Assembly (NCBI GenBank): GCA_964229335.1
Contig: CAXRCZ010000012.1
Coordinates: 1 to 33,522 of the forward strand
DNA: 33,522 bases
Source of the DNA: Minisyncoccia bacterium
GTDB taxonomy: Bacteria; Patescibacteriota; Minisyncoccia; Phycocordibacterales; UBA918
Reading direction: 5' to 3'
Shown here: positions 7,906-16,709 of the stretch, piece after piece
How positions within the stretch are numbered: the stretch's first letter is position 1
Layout: every line of letters begins with the position of its first letter
Notes under the pieces: generated by a model
The model's input: the letters and a program-made list of their open reading frames with translations, nothing else
What the model was told of the DNA's origin: nothing
Database searches by the model: none
Translations under genes and position numbers: made by a program

Positions 7906-8844
7906 ATGCGCTCAGGATATTTTGCAGCTTTAGTCATCGCTATCCTTGTGGGAGGAGTGGTTCTGTATGACTACACTATTGCATATTGCCCAGCACCGTT
8001 GGAGTACCGATTAGGTATGCTTGACGATGAGTTCAATCTCGCAGAAGAGCAGGCAATTCAACACCTCAAGACAGCTGCGGCTGTATGGAACGCGCAATCT
8101 GAAGAGGAGCTGCTCGTATACGAACCGACAGCAGATTTTACAGTTGACTTTGTGTTTGATGATCGTCAAGCGAGAGCCTATGCTGAAAGTGGTGAAAGTG
8201 CCGCCTTGGATAAACAGCGGGAAGAAAATGAAGAAGTCTTCGCCACACTTGAAGCAATGGAGCTTAAATACGAAGAGTTGGCAGCATCGTACCAATCAGC
8301 AGTTACTACTTACGAAGCAAATCTGGATACGTACAATGCCAAAGTACAGCGCTACAACGATCAAGGTGGTGCTCCGCCCGCCGCCTACGAAGAATTGCGA
8401 CAAGAGGAAATTCGGTTAAATCGCTCGGCGCAAGAACTGAGCGAGCGAGCTGATGAGTTAAATCAACTTGGAGAGCAAATAAATGAACTCGGAGAACGTG
8501 GCAATCAATTAATTGAGGACTACAACCGAGATGTAAGGCGGTATAACAATCGTTTCGGCTATACTGGGGAGTTTACGCAAGGTGACTATCAAGGTGACAA
8601 TATAAATATCTATAAATTCTCCAATGAAGCTGAATTGATTACTGTTTTAACTCACGAATTTGGCCACGCGCTTGGCATAGGACACGTTGAAGACACCGAA
8701 GCCGTGATGTACTATTTATTAACAGACTCCACTGTCAGTCCTCAGTTGACCGAAGCTGATCGCGGAGCCCTTGTAGAAGCATGTGGTTCTTCAGGCGACT
8801 GGTCCCAACAACTAAGCCGCTTCGTTCGAACAATTATTAATTAA
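7906..8844 (+). CDS. Membrane-anchored matrixin (M10-like metzincin) protease with coiled coil
   Basis: N-terminal TM, HEFGHALGIGH zinc motif, Met-turn AVMY. Confidence 0.85.
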   Translation: MRSGYFAALVIAILVGGVVLYDYTIAYCPAPLEYRLGMLDDEFNLAEEQAIQHLKTAAAVWNAQSEEELLVYEPTADFTVDFVFDDRQARAYAESGESAALDKQREENEEVFATLEAMELKYEELAASYQSAVTTYEANLDTYNAKVQRYNDQGGAPPAAYEELRQEEIRLNRSAQELSERADELNQLGEQINELGERGNQLIEDYNRDVRRYNNRFGYTGEFTQGDYQGDNINIYKFSNEAELITVLTHEFGHALGIGHVEDTEAVMYYLLTDSTVSPQLTEADRGALVEACGSSGDWSQQLSRFVRTIIN

Positions 8845-8860
8845 TTACTATATATACTTT

Positions 8861-9649
8861 ATGCAATCTTTTTTTAGTACAACTTGGATGCGAGTATTAG
8901 CAGCGCTGGCACTAGTCATGGTCATAGTGGCTCTATTTGCCTATACTCGGTTGAGTCTAGAACAAGCCAAAACCGCTGACTATGGTGCTACCATTTCGGT
9001 AGAAGGAACTGGTGAAGTAATCGCAGTGCCGGATATTGGAGAATTTTCATTTACTGTTGAAGCCGAAGCGGATACAGCCGCAGCTGCCCAAGATGCGTCA
9101 GCCAATTCAATTAATGAAATTCTCTCTTTCTTGAGTGAGGCAGGGGTAGCCGAGGCTGACATAAAGACCGCAAATTATAATTTGTATCCACGCTACCGAT
9201 TTGAAAGTCGCGTATGTCCAGCTGGTGGTTTTTGTCCACCAGGTGAGCAGGTGCAAGATGGCTTTACTGCCAGCCAGACAGTAACTGTAAAAGTTCGTGA
9301 TACAGAGCAGGCCGGGGATCTATTAGCTGGGGTGGGTGAGCGAGGAGCTACTAATATTAGTAACCTTTCTTTCACCACTGATGATGATGAGGCGCTCCGA
9401 GAAGAAGCTCGCTCCAAAGCGATAGCAGACGCACGTGCCAAAGCTGAAACACTAGCAGAACAGCTCGGTGTAGATTTGGGACGTCTGATTAGTTTTTACG
9501 AAAACAACGACAAATTCTATGGAGACCGCGCTATGATGAATGAAATGTCATTCGCTGTTGAAGAAGCGGCTGGACTAGGTGGAGCCACTCTGCCAACCGG
9601 GGAGAGTAACACTACCGTGGTGGTAAATCTGACCTACGAAATAGACTAG
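8861..9649 (+). CDS. SIMPL/DUF541 (BP26-like) protein
   Basis: TISVEGTGEV.AVPD, AIADARAKAETLA. Confidence 0.88.
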   Translation: MQSFFSTTWMRVLAALALVMVIVALFAYTRLSLEQAKTADYGATISVEGTGEVIAVPDIGEFSFTVEAEADTAAAAQDASANSINEILSFLSEAGVAEADIKTANYNLYPRYRFESRVCPAGGFCPPGEQVQDGFTASQTVTVKVRDTEQAGDLLAGVGERGATNISNLSFTTDDDEALREEARSKAIADARAKAETLAEQLGVDLGRLISFYENNDKFYGDRAMMNEMSFAVEEAAGLGGATLPTGESNTTVVVNLTYEID

Positions 9650-9664
9650 ATACACGGTGATACG

Positions 9665-9696
9665 CAAAAGCCGGCAACGCAAGTTGCCGGCTTTTG
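9665..9696 (+). terminator. Rho-independent terminator
   Basis: CAAAAGCCGGCAAC-GCAA-GTTGCCGGCTTTTG. Confidence 0.85.
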
Positions 9697-9721
9697 ACAT
9701 TTCTAACAATAGGCGTATGAT
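9694..9721 (+). promoter_or_regulatory. Sigma70 promoter of secE-nusG
   Basis: TTGACA-16-TATGAT. Confidence 0.6.
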
Positions 9722-9876
9722 GTAGCTAACCGCCCCCGAGGCGTTTTTTTGAGCAAAACAAGGAGAGACAAGTCTCGACTATGGTTTTGCTTACACAGGC
9801 GCTTAATCAAATCTGACTTATAAAGGGAAGATTTGATTGTAGCGAGCTGTGAATTTGTTAAATATCAAACCTATCC

Positions 9877-10065
9877 ATGAACCAACTTACCAACTACATC
9901 AAGGCTACCTTAGCAGAAATGCAACAAGTAGCCTGGCCGACTCAGCGCCAAGCCTTTATATACACCCTGCTTGTAATCGCCATCTCAGTAATTGTGGCGC
10001 TGTATGTTGGTGCATTTGACTACGTATTTTCAAACTTTATTAACTTCCTCATCCAAACTATCTAA
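9877..10065 (+). CDS. secE: Preprotein translocase SecE
   Basis: EMQQVAWPT motif plus single TM, directly upstream of nusG. Confidence 0.93.
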   Translation: MNQLTNYIKATLAEMQQVAWPTQRQAFIYTLLVIAISVIVALYVGAFDYVFSNFINFLIQTI

Positions 10066-10067
10066 CT

Positions 10068-10613
10068 ATGGCCAAGCAACACAGTAGCGGAAAACGCGAG
10101 TGGTACGCCATTCATACCTATTCTGGGTATGAGAACGCGGTAACTCGTAATCTCAAACAACGTATCGCCTCACTCAACATGAGTGACAAGATTTTTAACG
10201 TAGTAGTACCAACTGAGAAAAAGATTCGTGTCAAAGGCGGCAAGCGGGTAACCGAAGAAGAGCGTATCTACCCAGGGTATGTATTGGTAGAAATGATTGT
10301 CGATGACGAATCATGGTTTGTGGTACGAAACACCCCTCGAGTAACTGGGTTCGTCGGTAGTGGTACTCAGCCGGTACCTCTGACTGAAGAAGAGTACAAC
10401 GCACTCATGAAGCAAATGACTGACGAAACCGTCAAGCATAAAGTCGATCTGACCACTGGTGACCTAGTGACTATCGTCGACGGGCCATTCAAAGAACTAG
10501 AAGGAAAAGTGGGTGAAGTGGATGAAAAGAGTGGAAAGGTAAAGGTGATGGTGTCGATGTTTGGGCGGGAGACTCCGGTTGAGCTCGACTTCCTACAAGT
10601 AAAGCGCGTGTAA
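10068..10613 (+). CDS. nusG: Transcription factor NusG
   Basis: WYAIHTYSGYE, PGYVLVEM, KOW domain, FGRETPVEL. Confidence 0.98.
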   Translation: MAKQHSSGKREWYAIHTYSGYENAVTRNLKQRIASLNMSDKIFNVVVPTEKKIRVKGGKRVTEEERIYPGYVLVEMIVDDESWFVVRNTPRVTGFVGSGTQPVPLTEEEYNALMKQMTDETVKHKVDLTTGDLVTIVDGPFKELEGKVGEVDEKSGKVKVMVSMFGRETPVELDFLQVKRV

Positions 10614-10760
10614 TAGCAGCGCATTTACATAGTCACGCTGCAAAAAAAGCCGCTCACTGTACCACTCAGTACACCTCTCGGCTTTTTTCTTGCGTTCCTC
10701 GTACTTGCACCACTCTTCCACGCGCTTTCAGTGACGTAGACGTATCGATACTTTGAAATA

Positions 10761-10798
10761 AAACACGCCCCGCCGATAGTTCGGCAGGGCGTTTGTTT
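10761..10798. terminator. Probably bidirectional terminator
   Basis: AAACACGCCCCGCCGA-TAGT-TCGGCAGGGCGTTTGTTT between convergent nusG and a small ORF. Confidence 0.6.
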
Positions 10799-10825
10799 GG
10801 GATGTGTATGAGAAAATACGGGATG

Positions 10826-10951
10826 CTAATTAGTGACTGGTGTATCGCCCCACCACTCCATAACTGCTATTCCTATCAAAAGGGTTATGAGTAAAGCCTC
10901 GATACCCCTTGAGTAGATTCTCCCCCAATATCCTTTTTCTTTATTTTTCAT
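10826..10951 (-). CDS. Small single-TM protein (41 aa, MKNKEKGYW...)
   Basis: AGGGG SD 8 nt before ATG 10951; hydrophobic ALLITLLIGIAVM; terminator downstream. Confidence 0.45.
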   Translation of the reverse strand: MKNKEKGYWGRIYSRGIEALLITLLIGIAVMEWWGDTPVTN

Positions 10952-11136
10952 ATACTTAACCCCTGTACAAAAACGGCATTTAGCATATAAAGTAAAAACA
11001 AAGACGTCAAATAGACGCTTCGTATATAGCCTTTTAAAAGGTTGACTGATATACGCTTTCACCGTAAGATACGCGAGCTTCTAGAGGGGAGTGGCTATGG
11101 AACACTCGCCTCACTATAGTTTAATTAAACACAACC

Positions 11137-11562
11137 ATGGCTAAGAAATTAGTAAAACAAGTAAAAGTACAAGCTGTTGGTGGTAAAGCTACCCCAGCTC
11201 CACCACTTGGTCCGGTTCTTGGACAAGCTGGTATCAACATTGGTGAGTTCGTAAACCAATTCAACGAACAAACTCGTGAACGAATGGGGGACATTGTCCC
11301 AACCATTATCAATGTATACGATGACCGTAGTTTTGATTTTGTTACCAAACAATCCCCAATGTCACGACTAATCTTGAAAAAGATTGGTAAACCAAAAGGA
11401 TCAAGCAAAAACTTGGTTTCGAAGGGAGGCGAAATCACTCGTGCCCAACTACGCGAGGTGGCAGAAGAAAAAATGCCCGACCTCAACACCAAAGATATCG
11501 AGGCAGCAATGAAAATTGCAGAAGGATCTTGCTACTCTATGGGGGTAAAAGTAATAGACTAA
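11137..11562 (+). CDS. rplK: 50S ribosomal protein L11
   Basis: GKATPAPPLGPVLGQAGINI, VYDDRSF, KMPDLN. Confidence 0.98.
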   Translation: MAKKLVKQVKVQAVGGKATPAPPLGPVLGQAGINIGEFVNQFNEQTRERMGDIVPTIINVYDDRSFDFVTKQSPMSRLILKKIGKPKGSSKNLVSKGGEITRAQLREVAEEKMPDLNTKDIEAAMKIAEGSCYSMGVKVID

Positions 11563-11660
11563 TTACTTTTACCGACCCTTTGAGCTAGATTAGGAAGGTA
11601 TTGATTTAACTCTAGCCAAAAGGTGTACTGTTCCTGTAAGGAATAAAAGTAATAGACTAA
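11546..11660 (+). repeat. 17-bp direct repeat of the rplK 3' end
   Basis: TAAAAGTAATAGACTAA at 11546-11562 and 11644-11660. Confidence 0.85.
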
Positions 11661-11785
11661 GTTGCTTTAATTCCAGCAGTTTGCTACAAATGAGCCCGCG
11701 TTTAATCACGCGGGTTCTTTGTAAGAGGCCGAGCAAGCTCGCGTCTAAGCTTTTGGAAAATATTTGTTCTAGAGAAAGGGGCAGA

Positions 11786-12163
11786 ATGTCCACAACACAT
11801 ATAGGAAAAAGACCCAATCACCGACTAATTGCGGTTGTGCATATGGTGGGTGGGGAGATTTACCATGTGGTAGCTAAACAACAGCTACACCAACTGGGCA
11901 GAAAGTATGACGAAGAGGTTCCGGTCTTGCTCAAGCTAGCGTTTGGGTTCACTGGATTCTCCAGTCAGCATTGTCTTGAAACATTGCCTCGGTACAAAAC
12001 TTTCATCCATGAAGGTGAAGAGTGGCATCCGAGGCATGTCGATTGGACCATAACGGTCAGTCACAGTGCCTTGGTTGAGTTAGGTCACATCGATACCAGC
12101 CAATGTGATATTTGGCCGGAGGAGGAGTCTCCTTTTCGGGATCTAATTCGACAAGAGAGCTGA
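11786..12163 (+). CDS. Hypothetical protein
   Basis: AAAGGGG SD before ATG 11786; hairpins on both sides; no family recognised. Confidence 0.55.
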   Translation: MSTTHIGKRPNHRLIAVVHMVGGEIYHVVAKQQLHQLGRKYDEEVPVLLKLAFGFTGFSSQHCLETLPRYKTFIHEGEEWHPRHVDWTITVSHSALVELGHIDTSQCDIWPEEESPFRDLIRQES

Positions 12164-12261
12164 ATTACAAATGAGCCGGCGCGCATGTGCGCCGGCTTTT
12201 GTGTACAAGTCGACTCTATACTTGAGATAAATTGCTATAAATAAGTATAGAGGAGGGCGCC

Positions 12262-12405
12262 ATGCCAAATTCACCACCTGGGGCGTACGTCCCACCCACC
12301 ATACCCAAGGCCAAGCCTAAACTCTATCAAGCGGAGCCACGAAGCGAACAAATAAAACCAGAAGAATTGTTCAAGCTTTGTGTTAAGGGTAAGGTGAAAA
12401 AATGA
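12262..12405 (+). CDS. Small hypothetical protein (47 aa, MPNSPPGAYVPPTIPKAKPK...VKK), below the ORF-track cutoff
   Basis: GAGGAGG SD, TGCTATAAA -10-like element upstream, GGGGCGCA/TGCGCCCC hairpin downstream. Confidence 0.5.
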   Translation: MPNSPPGAYVPPTIPKAKPKLYQAEPRSEQIKPEELFKLCVKGKVKK

Positions 12406-12494
12406 AACCCTTTGGGGCGCAGTATGCGCCCCTTCATTTATGTTTAGTGTATTTTCTGCTATAAAGAGTGAAGATTAGACAAGGGGAAAGTTAG

Positions 12495-13001
12495 ATGAAT
12501 CGCGAAACAATTTTGTTGCTTGGCTACCTAACCAATGAAGATGGTTCTGTAGATCGTCCAGTGATAGGAATGCCTTTTTTATCAAGCACTTTAAATATAA
12601 CTCGACATGCCGACCAAGCTAATTATTATGATGAGATTGAAAATCGGCTCGGTCTTAAAGAGGAAGAAACTCCAAGTAACGATGTGCCAGCGAAGTCATT
12701 CGCTGCTAAATCTTCAGGAGCCACAATAATTTATGACTGCAAGGTCAAAATTGTTCCTAAAAGAGGAGGTCACATACCCAAACAGTTTGCTCTAGTGGTG
12801 GTGAAGCCCGGAATGCGCGAGCGGGTGCGAGAATCATTAAAGGGTGGAATTGTTTGGGTCAGCACCGGGGATTTGATCGAATACCTCGAGGAGATGCGTC
12901 GCAAGCGAGCTCGTCTTTACCGAACTTTCATTATGAACGCTGAGCATGACAGTATGGGTGTATTTGTAGATGTTCTCAAGACTTCTGAGGTGGGCTTATA
13001 G
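12495..13001 (+). CDS. Hypothetical protein
   Basis: 168-aa ORF, AAGGGG SD, TGCTATAAA upstream. Confidence 0.6.
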   Translation: MNRETILLLGYLTNEDGSVDRPVIGMPFLSSTLNITRHADQANYYDEIENRLGLKEEETPSNDVPAKSFAAKSSGATIIYDCKVKIVPKRGGHIPKQFALVVVKPGMRERVRESLKGGIVWVSTGDLIEYLEEMRRKRARLYRTFIMNAEHDSMGVFVDVLKTSEVGL

Positions 13002-13076
13002 CCCACCTCTTCGCTTTTGGTATATTCAGAACCGATACTCCTTTCAATTCATTAAATAAAGAGTATAGTATGGCGC

Positions 13077-13787
13077 ATGCAATATATTCCCATCAAAACT
13101 GACCGCTTACAGCCACCGCAAGATGACCTATTTTCAGCCTTAAACAAAGCACTTACTTCTCTAGAAGAAGGAGACATTGTGGTCATATCTTCCAAAGTGG
13201 TCGCGATTCATGAAGGAAACTGCTTGCCTATTACTGATGAGCCAAAAAGTGAATTGGTGGAGAGAGAGGCTGAGTTAGTCATTCCACGCACCTATAAACG
13301 GCTACCTCTAACCATTCGGCACGGAGCATTTATAGGCAATGCGGGTATTGATGTGAGTAATGCCAATGGCCATTACATTTTGCTGCCGAAAGATCCGTTT
13401 GCGAGCGCCAAGAATATTTATGTGCACCTAAAGGAACAGTTCAATTTAGAAAAACTAGGAGTGATTATTACTGACAGTCATTCTTCGCCACTCCGTCGAG
13501 GGGCGACGGGAATATCGATTGGGTTCTGGGGGTTTGAACCGATTCGTAATTATGTTGGCAAGCCAGATTTATTTGGTCGACCACTCAAGGTAGAGGTGGC
13601 AAACTTGGTAGACGGAATTGCTGCTGGGGCAGTGGTAGTGACCGGTGAAGCTGATGAAGGTACGCCAGTAGTAATCGTACGTGGCGTACCAGCTATTGAA
13701 TACACTGAAGAGAATCGTAAAGGCACGGTCATCATGCCCTTTTCTGTCGACTACTTCCGCGTGCTTTACGAACGCTTCCTCTCGTAG
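13077..13787 (+). CDS. CofE-like gamma-glutamyl ligase (F420-0 ligase family; putative alternative folylpolyglutamate synthase)
   Basis: GDIVVISSKVV, NAGIDVSN, GVIITDS, DLFGRPL, GEADEGTPVV. Confidence 0.85.
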   Translation: MQYIPIKTDRLQPPQDDLFSALNKALTSLEEGDIVVISSKVVAIHEGNCLPITDEPKSELVEREAELVIPRTYKRLPLTIRHGAFIGNAGIDVSNANGHYILLPKDPFASAKNIYVHLKEQFNLEKLGVIITDSHSSPLRRGATGISIGFWGFEPIRNYVGKPDLFGRPLKVEVANLVDGIAAGAVVVTGEADEGTPVVIVRGVPAIEYTEENRKGTVIMPFSVDYFRVLYERFLS

Positions 13788-14296
13788 TCAATCCATTGAT
13801 AGGAAATATCCTTGTGCTCACGAGGTGGATGTCTTTCAATAATCTCAAAATCATCTTCAAACTCTGGAAAAAAAGTATCAGCCTCTGGTGCATCATCAAT
13901 CCAGGTGACATAGAGTTTTTGTACCCGCGGCAGCATCAGTTGATACAACTGTGCACCGCCTCCAATATGAATTTCTACCGGTTTTTCATTCTGTGCGAGC
14001 GACACCGCTTCTTCTACCGAGTGAGCCACTAACACGCCATCGTGATTGTACGAAGTATCTCTCGTTACTACGATGTTGGTGCGGTTGGGTAGTGGTTTAC
14101 CCAGAATATCGAGTATCGACTCAAAGGTCTTGCGCCCCATAATAATTGGATGGCCTGAAGTAAGTGCTTTGAATCGCTTCAAATCATCAGGAATGTGCCA
14201 CAAGAGACTATTGTCTCTGCCCAAAGCCCTGTCTTGCTTTGACATGGCTACGACGATGGTGAGGGGTGGGTTTTTCTGAAAGAGTTTTTTGAGCAT
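13766..14296 (-). CDS. folA: Dihydrofolate reductase
   Basis: LLWHIPDDLKRFK, IMGRKTFESI, LPNRTNIVVT, IGGGAQLY, DTFFP; ATG 14296 preferred. Confidence 0.95.
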   Translation of the reverse strand: MLKKLFQKNPPLTIVVAMSKQDRALGRDNSLLWHIPDDLKRFKALTSGHPIIMGRKTFESILDILGKPLPNRTNIVVTRDTSYNHDGVLVAHSVEEAVSLAQNEKPVEIHIGGGAQLYQLMLPRVQKLYVTWIDDAPEADTFFPEFEDDFEIIERHPPREHKDISYQWIDYERKRS

Positions 14297-14499
14297 ACTG
14301 AAGTTACTTTGCAGCTCGCTGCAGCCAAAATCTTCCATGGTAGGTCGATTTTGGCTAAGCGCCTGCATACTTTCGCAATAATCGAGCTACGCTCTCTTTT
14401 GCTCAAGCATTATGCCATAGGGTGTCTTGGTTGTCGTTTTGTGACCGCTAGCATAGTCGGTATAATGCATATATTACTTAGCTTCACTACTATTTTCCT

Positions 14500-15174
14500 A
14501 TGTCACACTTTGAGATTGAAATAAAAAGCTTGCTCGGGGACGAGTCCAATGCAGTACGACTCAAGGAGAAAATGTGCGAGCTTGACCCCAACTGCCAAGT
14601 TGTGGCTAGTAACAAACAGCTCAACCACTACTTTGAAGGGGGAGATATAGAAGATTTGTATACACAAGTCAAACACTTATTTGACGATGCACAACAAACA
14701 AAACTACGAACTGTAATTGAGCGAGGCAGTGAATTTTCTATCCGGTCGCGGCAGAAAAATGACGAAGTGTTTTTGGTTGTAAAAGCATCGGTAGATGAAG
14801 GCACTAGTGCCAACACAGTAAAACGGATGGAGTTTGAAGAATTAGTCAATGTGTCACTAGATGAGCTTGACGAACTCCTCCTGGCGGCTGGTTTTGAGTA
14901 CCAAGCCAAGTGGTCTCGCGAACGCGAAGAGTACGCGTACAAAGGAGCGAGCGTATGTTTGGATAAAAATGCTGGCTACGGCTATCTCGCTGAGTTTGAA
15001 AAACTAGTTCACGACGAAGCCGAGGTAGATAAAGTGCGAGAAGAAATAGACGAGCTCATGAATGAGCTCGAAGTCGTCGAACTTGGTCAAGATCGTCTGG
15101 CTCGTATGTTTGATCACTACAACCAAAACTGGCCCCAGTATTACGGCACCAATAAAGTATTTGTAATTGAGTAA
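14500..15174 (+). CDS. CYTH / triphosphate tunnel metalloenzyme domain protein
   Basis: N-terminal EIEIK (ExExK), NHYF, IRSR, REREEY, LD...G.LAEFE. Confidence 0.85.
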   Translation: MSHFEIEIKSLLGDESNAVRLKEKMCELDPNCQVVASNKQLNHYFEGGDIEDLYTQVKHLFDDAQQTKLRTVIERGSEFSIRSRQKNDEVFLVVKASVDEGTSANTVKRMEFEELVNVSLDELDELLLAAGFEYQAKWSREREEYAYKGASVCLDKNAGYGYLAEFEKLVHDEAEVDKVREEIDELMNELEVVELGQDRLARMFDHYNQNWPQYYGTNKVFVIE

Positions 15175-15175
15175 T

Positions 15176-15721
15176 ATGTTTTTATCTGACGTTGATATCA
15201 AGGCAGGAGTAGAAAGCGGAGCAATCACTATCGAGCCCTTTAATGAAGATAATTTAAGCGTCGCCAGCTACGATGTGACACTTGGCAACGAGTTCGAAAT
15301 AGTCGACCGCCACCAAATTGAAGCCTCAGATCCAGCGCGCAAAATTTATCCTGCAACTCGCAAGATTGAGATACCTGATGGAGGAGAGTTCGTGCTGCAC
15401 CCTGGAGAGAATGTGCTCGGTAAGCAAAAGGAATTTATTGGCGTTGACCTTGAGCACTTGATACTACTCTCTGGCAAAAGTAGCTTGGCACGAATCGGTC
15501 TGGTAGTTCACAACACCGCCATGCTCTTTAACCCAGGACACAAGTTCTATCCCACTTTTGAGTTAGTTAATAGCAGCAACATCCCGATTATTCTCCGGCC
15601 GGGTATGGAGATAGCCCAACTCATTTTTGCCAAGTTACAAACGCCTGCCGGCAAAAGTTATGAGGACGCTGGTCGCTATGACAGTACCAACTCAGATCAT
15701 TTTAAGGAACGTAAACAATAA
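15176..15721 (+). CDS. dcd: dCTP deaminase (atypical motif 3)
   Basis: ASYDVTLG, GKSSLARIGLVVH, NPGH..PTFEL, GMEIAQLIF; ATG 1 nt after the CYTH stop. Confidence 0.88.
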   Translation: MFLSDVDIKAGVESGAITIEPFNEDNLSVASYDVTLGNEFEIVDRHQIEASDPARKIYPATRKIEIPDGGEFVLHPGENVLGKQKEFIGVDLEHLILLSGKSSLARIGLVVHNTAMLFNPGHKFYPTFELVNSSNIPIILRPGMEIAQLIFAKLQTPAGKSYEDAGRYDSTNSDHFKERKQ

Positions 15722-15724
15722 ACT

Positions 15725-16705
15725 ATGCAAAACAAACATCCAGAATATCAATATCTTGATTTAGTCCAAGAGATTTTAGAAAAGGGCAGCAAGCAGGTTG
15801 ATGCTCAGTCAAAAGACGTGACCTATAGTTTGTTTGGTAAACAGATGCGCTTTGATTTGAGTGAAGGTCTACCGCTTCTGACTACTAAAAAAGTGTATTG
15901 GAAAGGAGTCTTGCATGAGCTGTACTGGTTTTTATCCGGACAAACTAATATCAAATATCTAGTCGATAACAACATTCATATTTGGGACGACTATCCACTT
16001 CGTATTTACAATGACAAGCGTGAATCAGAAGGGTGGCCAGAGCTAAGCAAGGAAGAGTTTATCGCTAAGATAGAAAGTGATTCAGAGTTTGCTAAACAGC
16101 ATGGAGAACTACCGAGGATTTATGGTGAGATGTGGCGCAATTGGCCACGCAGAGATGGGGGGGGTATTGATCAACTACAGTGGGTGGTCGACGAGATAAA
16201 AGCTGATCCAGGATGTCACAATGCTATCGTAACCAGCTGGAATCCAGAATATCTATACGCTATGGCCAAACCAGGAGAAGCTTGCCGATTCCCAATTTGC
16301 CACAATATGTTTCAGGTCAATATAAACCAAGGAAAGTTGTGCTTGCAGCTATACCAACGATCAGCCGACATTTTCTTAGGAGTACCATTCAATATCGCCA
16401 GCTACGCTCTGCTTACTATAATTTTGGCAAAAATTACTGGTTATGAGCCAGGCGAATTTGTTCACACTTTTGGCGATGTTCACATCTATGAAAACCATAT
16501 CGAACAAGCTAAAGAGCAAATAAGTCGCACTCCTTACGCGTTTCCAAAAGTTACTCTTAGCGACGAGGTAACTTCACTAGAATCATTCCGTCCTGAGCAT
16601 GTCACGTTAGAAAAGTATGAGTCACACCCACCAATAAAGGCCAAAATGGCAGTGGTAGGTGGATTTCACGCCGACCTTCACGCCGACCGAGACACTAATT
16701 CATAA
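15725..16705 (+). CDS. thyA: Thymidylate synthase family protein (atypical phosphate site)
   Basis: RFDLSEGLPLLTTKK, ELYWFL, PICH (catalytic Cys), YQRSADIFLGVPFNIASY, GDVHIY. Confidence 0.9.
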   Translation: MQNKHPEYQYLDLVQEILEKGSKQVDAQSKDVTYSLFGKQMRFDLSEGLPLLTTKKVYWKGVLHELYWFLSGQTNIKYLVDNNIHIWDDYPLRIYNDKRESEGWPELSKEEFIAKIESDSEFAKQHGELPRIYGEMWRNWPRRDGGGIDQLQWVVDEIKADPGCHNAIVTSWNPEYLYAMAKPGEACRFPICHNMFQVNINQGKLCLQLYQRSADIFLGVPFNIASYALLTIILAKITGYEPGEFVHTFGDVHIYENHIEQAKEQISRTPYAFPKVTLSDEVTSLESFRPEHVTLEKYESHPPIKAKMAVVGGFHADLHADRDTNS

Positions 16706-16709
16706 CTCT

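Noticed and set aside
14310-14440. THF riboswitch upstream of folA
   Set aside because: A hairpin is present, but I cannot match it to THF-I/II consensus; reported only as an irregular hairpin.
16659-16709. N-terminal extensions in the ORF track for glyA, folA, rpsF, rpsR, the VanY-type gene and the 11681 ORF
   Set aside because: Downstream ATGs fit family starts, operon spacing or promoter position better.
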